Origin: Octopus vulgaris
Taxonomy: Eukaryota
Assembly: GCA_951406725.2 (NCBI GenBank)
Contig: OX597814.1
Location: forward strand, 161,882,001 to 161,946,000
Direction of reading: 5' to 3'
DNA length: 64,000 bases
The notes under the pieces are model-generated. The model saw nothing but the letters and a program-made list of their open reading frames with translations. It was not told where the DNA came from and did not search any database. The position numbers were made by a program, and so were the translations under genes. Below are positions 37,810-51,634 of this stretch, piece by piece (position 1 is the stretch's first letter; the number at the start of each line of letters is the position of its first letter).

Positions 37810-38982
37810 ATAGGCTCTTTTCAGTTCTCTCTAGGAAATCTACTCACAAGGCTTTGGTCAGCCCAAGGCTACGGTAGACACTTGCCCTAGGTGTCACAGA
37901 GGTTGAGTGATCCCAAAGTCCTGTAGTTGAGAAGTAAACTTCTTAACCACACAGCCATGCCTGCAATATATGAGAAAAGAGAACAACAGACCACCTTTCC
38001 TCCTATTTTATCATGCTATTATGTTTTGAATGGTTTCAATGAATTTTGATTTTCCATATCGCATCTAAAATGGTCAAAGCTGTTGAGTTCTGTGATGCAA
38101 ATCGTCTAACTATTTACAATAGAAAATTTGGAAAGCTGGCATGGCTGGCTTTCTCAATTTTGCTACTTAAATAGAAATTAATATCAGATTGACTTTGTTC
38201 TTACCAAGAAAAATAGTGTTGCATTGTTTTTTTTTTTGAAGTCTAAGTTTCTCCTTGATGAGTGAAATTTTGACCCCCTACCCCACATAGGTTCTTGGCT
38301 GGCAATTTTGAATTGAAGATGGAGGATATTTGTATGAAAATTATGAGAGAAAGAACCTATAAAAGTTGAGAGATCCAATTAGGACAGGGCAATAAAGAAG
38401 TTTAAAGGAAAGCCAGATGTTTCTAACATACAATTTTCTCTGTTGAAATCCTACCAGTTTTGTTGTTTTTAGTATTGCAAGACAGATAGTTGGAGAAAGT
38501 TCTCAACCAGGCAGCAGATGCCATTAGTGGAATAATGTTGTAGATTGGGCTATATAAACTAAATAATAGAATTGTAGAGAATGAAAGAAAGTGAGTAAAA
38601 AGAAGTGATATCAAGAAACAACAAGCTTTCTTCTATTATAAATCCATTCTTCTCTATGATACTTTATCAGCATATTAAATCAACTCAGTACTTTATTTTT
38701 ATCTACTCCAGAAGGATGAAAGGAAAAACTGACATTAGCAGGATATGATCTAAAAATATAAAGGTCCAATGATTTAATAATTCTTCCATTTCATTCTTTT
38801 ATTTTTTATCAAGGAAAGAAATTAAGGGAAGATTTGCTAGTGTTCTATATTAAAAAGAGGAGAAATATGAAATACTTTGAATTGCATGGCAGTTTGTTTA
38901 TATGACTTAGAATATCATTAGAGGAAAATAAGTCCAAAATGACACTGACACACATGATAGAATAGAAAAAGAAGCAGGGACA

Positions 38983-39391
38983 GGATCTTTTCGGTTTGAA
39001 CGGCAGTTTTTTCTAGTGGTGTCATGAAATTATCACCCATAATTATGACCCTAGTATCGATCTATTGCATTTCAATCTGTTTTAGGGTTAGGGGTGGGGG
39101 GAAGGGTATCTTTTTTACTTCACAAATGTAAATAAACCCAATCTGTTTCTTAAACGAGGGACATATTCATACGGCACATAATGTTTTTTACCTCAATAGA
39201 CGTCAGTGATTGGTTGAAATTGCAGAAATTGAAGAAAAAAACAACAAATATCTTACAAACTATAGAATTTTCTCAATAAAGCCAAGAGAAAAAGATGTTT
39301 TATAAACACATTCTACCAGTATACAAAGTTTAAAAGTGTTTAGTTACATGGAAATTATTTTTAAAAACTGCCGTTCAAACCGAAAAGATCC
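38983..39391. mobile_element. MITE with GG..CC termini and an 8-bp TSD (Merlin-like)
   Basis: Perfect 29-bp TIR ggatcttttcggtttgaacggcagttttt; TSD cagggaca at 38975-38982 and 39392-39399. Confidence 0.85.
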
Positions 39392-39759
39392 CAGGGACAT
39401 GTTGCTATAAAAAGTAAGTAAACGAAAGATATTAGTGGGATGGTGGGAAATTCCTAAGCAGATCCAACTGAAGAGCCAGCAATAAACTTAAGCTAAAGCA
39501 TGATTACTATAAAAAAGGTGAAGTCACTGTAAAACGCAGGTTCCTTAAAGGTTGTTTTCAAGACAAAGAAAGCATCAAGCTATGTAGGTATGTTGCTAGT
39601 TTATCAATATTTTCCCCAAAATGATTGGAATATCTGTTTCATTGTAAACTGCTACAAAGACTAAGGAATTGAATTTGATTAATCAGTTTCATGGATATTA
39701 CTTTTCTTTCAAGTTTGTGGTTTGGAAAACATTTTTGATACATTTTGTATTCTGATGGC

Positions 39760-40570
39760 AATGAAAAATATTATAGATGGATGAATAACTTATGAAAGCT
39801 GTGAATGTGGGTTTCTGTAAGCTAAGTCAGGATTTTTAATGTGTGCAGGAATGAATCTAATATACAGGTAAGTGTTACTGCTGGCACTGCCTGTAGCTTG
39901 CTGCTATTTATTACATATTTTGAAGTATTAGTGCAGGAATTCAGAGCAGGATGTTTTGAGGAACTTTTATACACTAATGGTCTGTTTCTCATTGCACAAT
40001 CTATAGAGCTTCAAGTAAATCTCCAAATCAAAAAGGTTGGTAAAAAATTCAAAGGTCTGGAGAGTAACATGGAAAAGATAAAACTCTTAGTTACAGAGAG
40101 CACAACATTCCATTGCCACCACGGAAGTGATTCACTCAATATATAAGAAGGAAATTGGCAGGAATGCAATAACATGTATTCATGTAAACTATGGTTACAC
40201 AAAAAAAATGTAATGTAATTACTAATAGGTTGACAGAGAAACATTATTTCAATTGCACAGTAATTATCAGTACAAAAGAACTTCAGGAACTGCTAAGGTG
40301 ATTTAATAAATATAATTAGTAGTTTCTGCTGTTTAGATAAAATAATCAGTACTGGAGTTGATTATAGTGTCAGAAGTGTCTAAATAAAAAAAAAAAAGGG
40401 TTAGGGAATTTAATGGGTTGTCATCATTGTCAGTTGCTAAAATGTTTTTTCTTCATGTGAGAAAGCAGAATGTATCAACCACGTGTAAAGAATATGATGC
40501 TGCATGATTTTGAGATATAGGCATTGACTGCAAAATATCCGAAGTGGCAGGAGAGAAATGAATCAGTTAT
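39760..40570 (+). pseudogene. Old, highly decayed RTE RT fragment
   Basis: EVLVQEFRAGCFEELLYTNGLFLIAQS aligns by eye to ITEEFK.GCPW.LLYADDLALIAES of the 53445 copy. Confidence 0.65.
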
Positions 40571-40811
40571 GATTCATTGGATGGGTAATGTTTAGTTGCA
40601 TGGAGAAATGAGAAAATCATACACACAAACACAAAAAAAAAAAAAAAGAAAAAAAAAAGCAAGAAAAAGAGAGCGAAAATGAAAATGTCTTTTCCTGAAA
40701 CTAAAAAACAGCAGAAACACATTCTTATAATAATTCTGTGCCATTGTATGATTATAATGAGGATATATGTAAAGTAAAGTAAGAAAAGACTGGCTATGAA
40801 ATGGGCGGCAA

Positions 40812-40953
40812 ATACTACTATTACAACAACTACAGCTGCTGTTGCTGCTGCTGCTGCTCATGCTGCCAATGTTGCTGCTACTGCTATTACTGCTGCCCCT
40901 AATCCTGCTGTTGCTGTTGCAGTTGCTGCCACTATTGTTGCTGTTGTTGTTGT

Positions 40954-41006
<53 letters not shown>

Positions 41007-41045
41007 TTACTACTACTGCTGCTACTGCTGCTGCTGCTGCTGCTG

Positions 41046-41117
<72 letters not shown>

Positions 41118-41118
41118 A
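40812..41118. repeat. (GCT)/(ACT) trinucleotide repeat
   Basis: Directly visible. Confidence 0.95.
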
Positions 41119-41559
41119 GAACAGCAATAAGTTTTTTCTAATATAAGTACAAAGCCTGAAATTTTGAGGTGATAAGGATAGCCAATTACTCTAACTCCCG
41201 AACTTGACTAGTACTTGATTTATTGACCCTGAAGAGAGAAAAGGCAGAGTCAACCTCAATGGATTTTAACCCAGAGTGTTAAAAACATGAAATGCCATTA
41301 GCCATTTTCTCTCGTGTGCTAATGATCCTGCAAGATTGCCACTTTGGTTTCAAATTTTGGTCCAAAACTAGCAATTTTAGAGGAGAGAGTAAGCCAGTTA
41401 CATTGACTTCAGTGTTCAGCTCATACTTATTTTATTGACCCTCGAAAGATGAAAGGCAAAGTCAACATTGGCAGAATTTGAACTTGGAATACAAAGAACA
41501 GGAAGAAGTCTCACTAGGCATTTTATCCAAAATGTTAAAAATTTTGCCAGCTAATCATC

Positions 41560-41587
<28 letters not shown>

Positions 41588-41609
<22 letters not shown>

Positions 41610-42040
41610 CATCATCATCATCGTTTAACGTCCGTTTTCCATGCTAGCATGAGTTGGACGGTTCAACTGGGGTCTGGGAAGCCAGAAGGCTGTGCCAGGC
41701 CCAGTCTGATCTGGCAGTGTTTCTACAGCTGGATGCCCTTCAAACGCCAACCACTCCGAGAGTGTAGAGGGTGCTTTTTATGTGCCACCTGCACAGGTGC
41801 CAGACGAAGCTGGCAAACGGCCATGATCGGATGGTGCTTTTTACATGCCACCGGCCACAATCGGATGGTGCTTTTTACATGCCAACGGCATGGAGGCCAG
41901 TTGGGGCGGCATTGGCAACAGCCATGTTCAGATGGTTCTCTTACGTGCCACCGGCACTGGTATCTCAGCTACAATTTCCATTGATGTTGAAAGATTTCGA
42001 TTTCGATTTTCACTTGCCTCAACAGGTCTTCACAAGTAGG
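41588..42040 (-). mobile_element. RTE LINE 3' UTR fragment within an (AAT)n tract
   Basis: Near-collinear with 3210-3680; (AAT)n on both sides. Confidence 0.88.
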
Positions 42041-42044
42041 GTTT

Positions 42045-42084
<40 letters not shown>

Positions 42085-42365
42085 GTGTAATCAAACACCA
42101 TCAGCTGGATATTGTCATATTGAATGAGACAAATACTGTCAGATCATTGATGTAGCCATACCAAATGACATGAATGTTGTGAGTAAAGAGGTTGAAAAAA
42201 ATCACCAAGTACTCTGAATTGAAAGTGGAAATGGCAAGACAATATGGGATGCGAGAGGGTAATGTAAGAGTGATACCAGTGGTGATTGGAGTGTTGGGCT
42301 CAGTCCCATTGTGCAACCAGCACAATGAGACAGTTGACCACATCATCTGTGAGACAGTTGACCAC
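42085..42365 (+). pseudogene. Restriction-like endonuclease (R4/Dong/NeSL-type) LINE fragment
   Basis: DIVIL...AIPNDMNVVSKEVEKITKYSELKVEMARQY...VIPVVIGVLG is the RLE pattern; an ETVDHII segment follows. Confidence 0.75.
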
Positions 42366-42516
42366 AGTGCTGCACCACACCCCAGCACCATGGAGGTGTA
42401 GCAGATGATGCAATAGAAATTCGCCTGAAACTACCAAATATTGAAGAATAACAACAACAGCATCAACAATAATAATAATAATAACCTACCAGAAACTACC
42501 ATGCAAATATCCTTAA

Positions 42517-43330
42517 CCTTTTAATGTATCTTTTTAGAACCAGACAAGTATACTCGGTCAAAATTAACTTTTAATTTTAGCACTCAAACGAGTTTTTATT
42601 TGTTTTGTGTCATTTCATTTTTGAGCAATCACGAATTTACTCGCGTTGTGCATGCCTGCCAGCACATATTCTGGTGCCATTTCAAAGAATTTATGCTTCT
42701 GAGTTTTGAACTTTTACTTCAGTGAATACTCAGATTCAGGAGGAGGTTGATGTCATTTTAGAACTGTCTTGTTTTGATTCTTTATTATTTATACAAATAA
42801 GAGAATTATTTACACATTATTTTTCTCAAAATGAATGAATATTTAGATATATTCAGCGACCACAAAAGCGATTTTTCATTTCATGATCTGGAAAGCTCTG
42901 GGGATGAATTAGACACATGTGCAAAATGTGCAGAGAAGACAGACGCTAAAGGAAAGAAGATTCAAAGAGAAAGCAGATACATGTGTGATGTCTGCAAGAT
43001 AACTTTGTGTGTAACTCCTTGTTTTAAAAAAAATTATCATTCTAAATAAACTGTCTATCTCATTTAAAAAAAATTTTCCTTTGATTTAAAAGCAATACAT
43101 CTTATATTCAAATTGAAGATAGTTAAGTTATATGTACTTTTTCAATGTCCGAGTTAACTCATTTAAATCCAAATAAGTAAAAGTACATTTTAATTTCTAT
43201 AATAAAAAATAAAGGAAACAAGATAAAAAACTTGTTTTTGTAATTAACACAGTGTATATAATTAAAAAAGGAAATAAAAAATATGCTCTGAAATGAAACA
43301 CCATATCAAAATAATTGATTCATTAAGGGG
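42517..43330 (+). mobile_element. Internally deleted piggyBac element
   Basis: TTAA TSDs (42513-42516, 43331-43334); TIRs ccttttaatgtatc / gattcattaagggg; internal ORF carries the piggyBac C-terminal cysteine-rich domain. Confidence 0.85.
42831..43049 (+). CDS. 72-aa mini-ORF: piggyBac acidic N-terminus fused to the C-terminal cysteine-rich domain
   Basis: CAKC...RESRYMCDVCKITLCVTPCFKKNYH matches the piggyBac CRD pattern. ATG to stop is open; expression unknown. Confidence 0.45.
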   Translation: MNEYLDIFSDHKSDFSFHDLESSGDELDTCAKCAEKTDAKGKKIQRESRYMCDVCKITLCVTPCFKKNYHSK

Positions 43331-43359
43331 TTAAAGATAGATCTGACCCCTCGTGGAAA

Positions 43360-43645
43360 ATTCACAGACAATTGATCATGTTGTTTCTGGCTGTCCAGTC
43401 CTCACAGAAATGAGTACCTCATAAGACATGACAGACAAGGGCAGTACATCCAGTGGATGTAGTGCCGAGATAAGTAGTACAGGCACCATCCAGAGGATAT
43501 AGCAAATGGTGAAGGTATCACCATCCTTTGGAACTTCAAAATACAAACAAACAGAAAAATTGACTCCAATTGACCAGAAATTGTGATCAAGGACTACAAC
43601 AGAAGAACTTGTTTGTTAATAGATATGTCTGTCCCACAACACTGC
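43360..43645 (+). pseudogene. R4/Dong-like LINE fragment (CCHC knuckle plus RLE start)
   Basis: TIDHVVSGCPVL..YLIRHDRQGQYIQW...ITILWNFKIQTNRKI...PEIVIKDY...CLLIDMSVP, with stops. Confidence 0.75.
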
Positions 43646-44229
43646 AACCAAATCTCACAATAAATTGACACAGTACCGGTACTGTATTTTATTGATCCCA
43701 AAAGGATGAAAAGCTAAGTCACTTTCAGATGTTATAAAGTCTCATTGTGAGTGAAATAAGAAATTAAGCATATTCCTTCTACAGTTTTGATGTACAGAAA
43801 AAGGAATTTGAGCATGTCTTCTCTGAGGAGCAGTCAAAAAGCTGTGAAATGGTCTGTCAGAAGACTCCCCACTCTTTTTTCCTCACATTAAAAATGTAGA
43901 AGGAATGTGTTTACACTTATATTTCACCTAAACATGGTAGGTGTAAACATTTCTTCAATGCTTCTGATGTGTGGAAAAAAAGGTTAGTTTTCTAAAGGGC
44001 TATAATATATATATGTATATGTGTATATATGATATTTCATATATGTACACACCCCTTTAAATTTTTCTGTCATTTCTTATAGTCTTATATTACTTAATTT
44101 ATTTTTATTACCTTCAATTCTGATTCAGCATACCTTTAATCAAAGGTATTCCAGTTATGACCATCCCAACCCATCCTTTTTTTATTTATTCTTTTTATTC
44201 TCATTGTACATTGGCAGAGAAAATAGACA

Positions 44230-44910
44230 TAGGAATGAGCAAAGGAAATAGATGTAGGAACATTAAGGGAAGTCAACCGAAATACTACACCAGACTTAAA
44301 TATACTCCCATACATCTCCACCCATAACCCTAGAAACAACAAAGCCTTTAACATTATCACCCAAAATCTATCCATTCTCACAGGAGATAAAACAATGAAC
44401 AAAATTTTAGGCTCACACAAAATTATCAAGAGCAAAATGCAACTGAAATCATTGAAAAAATATTAACCAATGCAAGACTATATCCATTAACAACGGAACC
44501 AAAAGTGAAAAAATGCTTTTGACCTAACTGTGGAACATGTCCCCAACGTTTTGGAGGGTACAGAATTCCACTTTAAACAGGGTGAAATATTTATGATTAA
44601 ATCAAAATTCACCTGTGCCTCGGAAAACCTAATCTATGCCCTTACCTGCTTAAGGTGCGGTAATCAAAATATTGGCCAAACAGGAATATCACTCCGTCAA
44701 AGATCCACTCTTCACAAAGAACAAATCCACCACCCACAATACAGACAGATACAGGTCAGTGAACACATAGATAGGTGTGCTAGGAACCTTAATCCTAATT
44801 TCCTAATTTTCCCCTTCTATTAATGTTCACAGAACACCTCAGTACAACAAAGAATGAATAAAGAAGCAACTTTCATCAATAAATATCATCTACAACTTAA
44901 CATGAACACA
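44230..44910 (+). pseudogene. Penelope-like element fragment with a GIY-YIG endonuclease
   Basis: FTCASENLIYALTCLRCGNQNIGQTGISLRQRSTLHKEQI...VSEH is a PLE GIY-YIG with Cys/His motif; upstream LPYISTHNP linker; frameshifted. Confidence 0.85.
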
Positions 44911-45021
44911 ACATAATACAGTACACTACTAACCTTACCAATAATGCTACTAACTCTCATAAATTCCTTATACCATTCATATTACAGTATTATATACCAT
45001 TTATATTACAGTATTATATAA

Positions 45022-45252
45022 GGCGGTGAGCTAGCAGAATCGTTAGCACGTCGGGCGAAATGCTTAGCGGTATTTCGGCTGCTGTTACGTTGTGAGTTCA
45101 AATTCCGCCGAGGTCGACTTTGCCTTTCATCCTTTCGGGGTCGTTAAATTAAGTACCAGTTAAGCACTGGGGTCGATATAATCGACTTAATACCTATGTC
45201 TGTCCATGTTTGTCCCCTATATGTTTAGCCCCTTGTGGGTAATAAAGAAATA
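45022..45252 (+). mobile_element. Full-length tRNA-derived SINE
   Basis: A box tagcagaatcgttag, B box gagttcaaattcc; 10-bp TSD agtattatat (45010-45019, 45253-45262). Confidence 0.88.
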
Positions 45253-45447
45253 AGTATTATATCAACCCTAATTGCACCATGTCAAGGTCTACTTACCTCC
45301 TTTACACAGTCTTTTTACTCAAGGACTATTAGACCTGATACCGTTTGATAATTGGTGCACATTCAAAGCCAGTGAACAGCAATGATTACACTGGTTTGAC
45401 TTTGAATCTCTTTAACAATTCAAAATAATGAATTTAATTCCTCTTAA

Positions 45448-45668
45448 CCCTTTCGTTACCAACCCAGCTGAAACCGGCTCTGGTTCTGTAGTACAAATGT
45501 CTTGTTTTCATAAGTTTTGAATTAAAATCTTCCACCAAACCTTAGTCACAATTTATGTTCCTAACACTAGCCGAATGATAGCCAAGTTATTTTACTAAAT
45601 TCTTTGTTATATTCAAAGTAATTGAAAGAAACAGAGAGCATCTCAAAATAAATACAGTAACGAAAGGG
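45448..45668. mobile_element. piggyBac-type MITE
   Basis: Perfect 12-bp TIR ccctttcgttac/gtaacgaaaggg with TTAA on both sides. Confidence 0.9.
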
Positions 45669-46013
45669 TTAATTCTACCTCAGTTCATCTAATTGTATTT
45701 ATTTATCACTACTTTTCACAAAATAGCCTTTTATTTTTTTGATATTCAATGTGCATTTTCACTTTTTTTCTTCTTACTTTCCCTATATATTTTCCAAGTG
45801 TAGTTTCTGTTTCCTTTTTGAAACATATTTCTATTGTGTGTGTGTGTGTGTACAGGCATAGTTGTGGGTGTGATATAGGTGCATGTGTGGCTGTTTTGTT
45901 GCATAGTCTGCTCCCTAACCACATGGTTTCAGGTTCAGTCCCATTGCTAGCCTTCTGAGGGGATTTGACTGACAGAAACTGAAAGAAACCCATCATGTCA
46001 TGTGCATGTGTGT

Positions 46014-46087
<74 letters not shown>

Positions 46088-46382
46088 ATTTGTGTGTTTC
46101 CTTGTCTTGCTATCACTTGAGAGCTATCAATGATGGCCATTGTCATATGAGCAGTGTCCTTTATTTTGCAATATTATGTGAAAATATATGTCTTTCCTGG
46201 AAACAGGTGAAAGTTGGTGAAATAGAAAATTTGCCTCAATAAATTCCGTCCAACCCATGCAAGTATGGAAAAATCAACATTAAAAAGAATAATGATGAAG
46301 ATGATATAAATATATTCTCCTCCTTTCCGCCACCTCCAGCTCATCATAATCATCATCATAATCATCCTCATCATCATCATCG

Positions 46383-46413
<31 letters not shown>

Positions 46414-48999
46414 AATTCTATGTGCATGGATTGGATGGGTTCTTATAGTCTGAGTCAGTTCTTATTTGGAACTGATATGTCTAGATATGAACTAATTTGA
46501 ACAATGATAACCTGGGAAAATTCTTAACTATGAAGCATGGACTATGGCTGGAAAACACAAATAAAATACATTTGCATTTTATGCAGTGTCAAGAGACAGT
46601 ATTACAAGCAAAACTTCTTAACTATATTAATGGAAACTCTACTATTGCTTTAGCTTCCTCACAACCTGCAAATATCTGTTATCACTGATGTTTCCATTAA
46701 TCTGACACAGTGTACATTTTATCATGGCACCAGTACTAGAGAGGTTACTTTGTCTTTGTCTAGACTAAAGAGTCCTTGTTATTTTATGTGTCTCTGATCA
46801 TTCAAAGCACACACTTCACATGTTTGCAATAACTTTATTATCACGAGACGTTTTAGCATGACTTTAAATTGTGATTTCTTTTTCTTGAGATTGCTTTACA
46901 TGAATTTGATGTTTGATGATAGTTTTGTTAGTTTCAGTTTTTCATGAAAAGGATTTAGCTAAAAAAATATAAAAGACTTTATGGAATATGCATAATTTAA
47001 TGATATAAGTAATGTCTATCGATACAGAAAAGAAGTACAGCTTTACTATATATCATTTACCTAAAATAAAACTGCAAAAATGTTTATGCCATTTTAAAGA
47101 AATATAACTATTATATTTTTATACAATGATAATAGATAGAAGTGGTTTGTGAGTAACCTAAAGTAATAACAGAGTTTCTATTAATATGTATCAAAAATTT
47201 GCTTGAGTTTGTCTCTCAATACCCATAAATTGCAATTATTGTTCTAACAGGCACTAGCAACCTGGTTGCATCATATTAAGAGCAGTTTTCAAGTAGATCA
47301 TATTTTAACAAATTTTATTTATAAACCAATAAGAGGCTGTAGTTTCTTTATAGATTTATAGCAGATCTGTTGAATGTTTTTCCACTTTGTATATGCATTG
47401 TTCCATTTTCTGTTTTTTAGTTGTTTTCACTGAATTCTTTATATTGTCATATATTTTCCATTTCATGAAAGTGATCTTTGTTTGTTTTTTTATTAAAAAT
47501 AAAAGAGACTGTTTTATTAAAATACATAAAGTAGTTTTTGTTAGCTTATGCTTTATTTTTTCTTCTCTATATCTTTATCTACTTGATAATAGGTTTATAG
47601 ATTTTATCGAATATTAACCAATAGTTTCACTTAAGAAGTGATGTTTAATTGTTTGTTGTTTGAGTTTTTCATCCATGCTTCTTGATTTGGAATATTCTCT
47701 GAAAACCAGCCTATTGATATATAGTCATAACCATTTCAAAGCTACATAAACAGGTTATCATATTATATTTGCCATTATCATCAATTTAATGTACAATATT
47801 TCTGTATGGTGTTAAATGCAATAGCAAGTTGGCTTCAAATGCAAAAGCAAAGATTTTCCTTGCTTAATATAAAATTTAATTATGAATTTTAAAATTTCCT
47901 ACAAGAAAAATATATTAATCTATATAAAGATTAATAAATGAGAAATTGACTTTATTATTTCATTTGATGATAAAAGGAAAATGCACATTTTATTACAATA
48001 TAAGCTGAAGTGAAATTTCTCTCCAAACTTGCACAATGTTATTTGTATAAGCAGACACTAATAATCTATAATTTCGTATTTTTAAATTTAAGGAGCCACT
48101 TAAGAGGGGATTGCACATTTATACAAGCACATAATAGGTGGAGGCATGGTTGTGTAGTTAAGCAGTTCACTTTGGAAACACTTGATTAGGAGTTCAGTCC
48201 TACTGCAGGGATGTTGTTGGCTAATACTCTATACTACAGCTATGAGTTTACCAATACATTGTGGGTGAAATTGATGGATGGAAACTGAAGAAACCTGCTG
48301 TATGCGTGTATATGTATGTGTGTGAGGTCATATTTCTTCTCCTTTTCATGTGTGTCCATTGTTTGCAAACAAAAATACATCACGGTGTTGTTTGCTTGCA
48401 ATCTACTAGAAAAACATCTCTAGACTTGTTGATGCTTATGAACATGTTCAGATGGTGTCATTTGTTTCTAGTTCTCTGTTGAACAACTCTATAATACAGG
48501 CTATTTGTTGTTCAGTAGACCAAGGGATTATTAACTTGTTCAGAAACAAGTGAGGGTTGGCATCAGGAAGGACGTTCAGTCATAGAAAACATTGCCTCAA
48601 CATAGTCTTGTCACATTCATGCAAGCATGGAAAAGTAGGTATCAGGCAGTGATGAGAATGATGATGTTATTGGTGGTGGTGGTGGTGATTATGAAGGATG
48701 ATAAGGATATTGAGGGATGATAATGATAATGATGATGATGATGATGATGATGACGACAACAACAGAGATGATGATAACTGGAATTTAGGACTGAGGTTTA
48801 TCACCATTAATTCCAATTTCTTTAGCATTATGTTTGGTTACCAATACAATTTCTGTAAAGTAAGCTGATTCAATGTCACATAGTGTTTAGTACAAAAAAA
48901 TCTTGGCGAAAATACAACTGTAGATTCTGGTAAAAACTAGATCATTAGTAGAATATATTTTGAAGTGTTTACTTTTACACATGTTAGTAATAATGTCTT

Positions 49000-49180
49000 A
49001 TCATCATCATCATCGTTTAGCATCCGTTTTCCATGCTAGCACAGGTTGGACGGTTCGACCAGGGTCTGGGAAGCCAGGAGGCTGCACCAGGCTCCAGTCT
49101 GATCTGGCAGTATTTCTACAGCTGGATGCCCTTCCTAACGCCAACCACTCTGTGAGTGTAGTGGGTGCTTTTTATGTGCT
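49000..49180 (-). mobile_element. RTE LINE extreme 3' fragment
   Basis: (CAT)n plus the conserved 3' UTR. Confidence 0.85.
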
Positions 49181-49420
49181 AGGGGAGTCTCATATCTATT
49201 TATATCTATTTGAACTACAATATCTCAGTAAATCAACCTTTTTAAAGTTCAAATACATGTGAGTCAACCACTGTGCAGTCCTCTCTCATCCATCTTACTT
49301 CACATCATCTCCCTATTTCTTGTCTATCTCCTATCTTTTACATGTTTCAGTCATTTTACTGTGGCCATGCTGGGGTACTGTCTTGAAGAGTTTTAGTCAA
49401 GCGAATTGACCCAGTACTTA

Positions 49421-49638
49421 CAGGGGATGGTGCTGAAAAGTTCCTGGCTTTAAGGGTATAACAAAAGGCCCAGTTGGAAGCCCTGCCTTCCAAGTTCTTT
49501 TACAGGGCTTAGAAAAACTGAAGACTGCTGCAATAAGTGTCTGAATCTGAGCGGGGAATATGTTGAATAGAATTATAACAAACTGATCCCCCTGTATTTT
49601 TTTTTACCTAAAGTCAGGAAATTTTCAGCACCCATTCG
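49421..49638. mobile_element. Tc1/mariner-type MITE nested in a minus-strand SINE
   Basis: TIR ggtgctgaaaagttcctggcttta / taaagtcaggaaattttcagcacc, TA on both sides; splits the SINE at ccagtactta|ttttttagagcctag. Confidence 0.8.
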
Positions 49639-50309
49639 TATTTTTTAGAGCCTAGTATTCATTCTATCAATACTCTTTGCCATACCACTAAGGAATGGGG
49701 ACATAAACACACCAACACCAGTTATCAAGCAGTGGTGGAGGACAAATACAGACATAAACACACATACACACACACATAAGGCTTCTTTCAGTTTCCATCT
49801 ACCAAATCCACTCACAAGTCTTTGGTCAGCCTGAGGCTGTAGCAGTGGACACTTGCCCAAGGTGCCATGCAGGACCATGTGGTTGAGAAGCAAAGACACA
49901 CACACATACAACAGGCTTCTTTTAGTTTCCATCTACCAAATCCACTCACAAGGCTTTGGTCAGCCTAAGGCTGTAGCAAGGACACTTGCCCAAGGTGTCA
50001 TGCAGGACCATGTGTTTGAGAAGCAAACTTTTTATCACACAGCCACGCTGGCATCTATCTGTAGTTTTATCATACATCTCCACCCCACTTTATTTACTAT
50101 CATATATCATCTATTGACCATTTCTAATTTTGTTACTTTCCCCACAAACTGAGATTCACTATTGCTCATTCCTCTACCTGAATTCATCATTTTCTACTAC
50201 TCACCTGATGACAATGATGATAATGATGATGATGATGGCGATGACTATGATGATGACAAAGATGATGATGATGATGGTGATGACGATGATGATGACAATG
50301 ATGATGACA

Positions 50310-50340
<31 letters not shown>

Positions 50341-51419
50341 GGAGGAGGAGGAGGAGGAGGAGGAGGATTCAGTGTATCTGCAGACAGCTAACGAACAGCT
50401 ACTCATTGACGAAATCCCAATAAAAAATTGGAAACAGTCCAGCTGATAAACATTTTTTTTTTTCTGTCCATAGAAAGATTGTATATATTGGCAGGTAACA
50501 GTTGACTGTTCAAGATGTGTTCGATAATACATTATACCATCTTTCTAGTCATAAATAAGATACATCTAAATCCTTCAAACTCGCTACAAATGCTCTGTTG
50601 ATATTGCCTCAATAAAATAACAGTGATTTAAGGTCCAAAAACACTTCAATAATTAACAGTTGCACATCCCCTTCAAGTCACATCGCAGTGCTCCTAATAT
50701 ATCTACCACAGAGTAACTATCTATACAAAACAAGTGTATACATAAGCAATTCCTCTATAACTTCTTTCTGTATTTTTAAAATATTTTCCGTTTTACTTTT
50801 TGCAGCTTCTGTTTTTATAATAACCTCTGACTCTTCTAAACAGAAAAAAATATATCTTATCTTCTTATGCCCACATCCTCATTTTAGCTACATTCAAACT
50901 GTGCATCCACCTCTATTTCAGCATTCTTGTTGCATTTCTCTCCATAACTCAAATTTTATCACCATAACAACCAAATCGACCATGGTACTATGCAAGTACT
51001 TTTTGAATTTTATTTTTCTATAATCTAAAACTACTTGAGTTATCAACAACTAACAAGGTTATAATTTATCTAGTTCTATAACATTTTGGTAAGCACCATA
51101 AATAACTCCCGTGTGTTGAGCCTACAATCTGGTTTCAGATTATTGTTGTAACTATTTTTCGGTTATGTTATTAATTATGAATGAATTAACTGCTGAGAAT
51201 TTCAGTGCAAATTGTTGTTCTCTATTTTCCTTTGTTTCCATTCAGTGTTGTTCTATATTTCAGCCTATTCTAGGATTGTTCCATCTGCTATTCAGTTTTC
51301 CCATTACCAGTGAGATTGCTGGTCTCACTCACTAAGCCCTTCTCTAGTTCAGAAGAAAGGGATACTGTGAGTAACAGAGAGAGATAGAGAGAGTTGGGAG
51401 AGAGACAGACAGACAAATA

Positions 51420-51583
51420 TTCTTTTATTGTTATTCTTTTACTTATTTCGGTCATTTGACTCCAGGACTTATTCTTTGTAAGCCTAGTACTTTTTCCATC
51501 AGTCTCTTTTTGCTGAACTGCTGGGTTACTGGAATGTAAACACACCAACATCAGTTGTCAAGTGAGGTGGGGGACAAGCAAAG

Positions 51584-51634
<51 letters not shown>

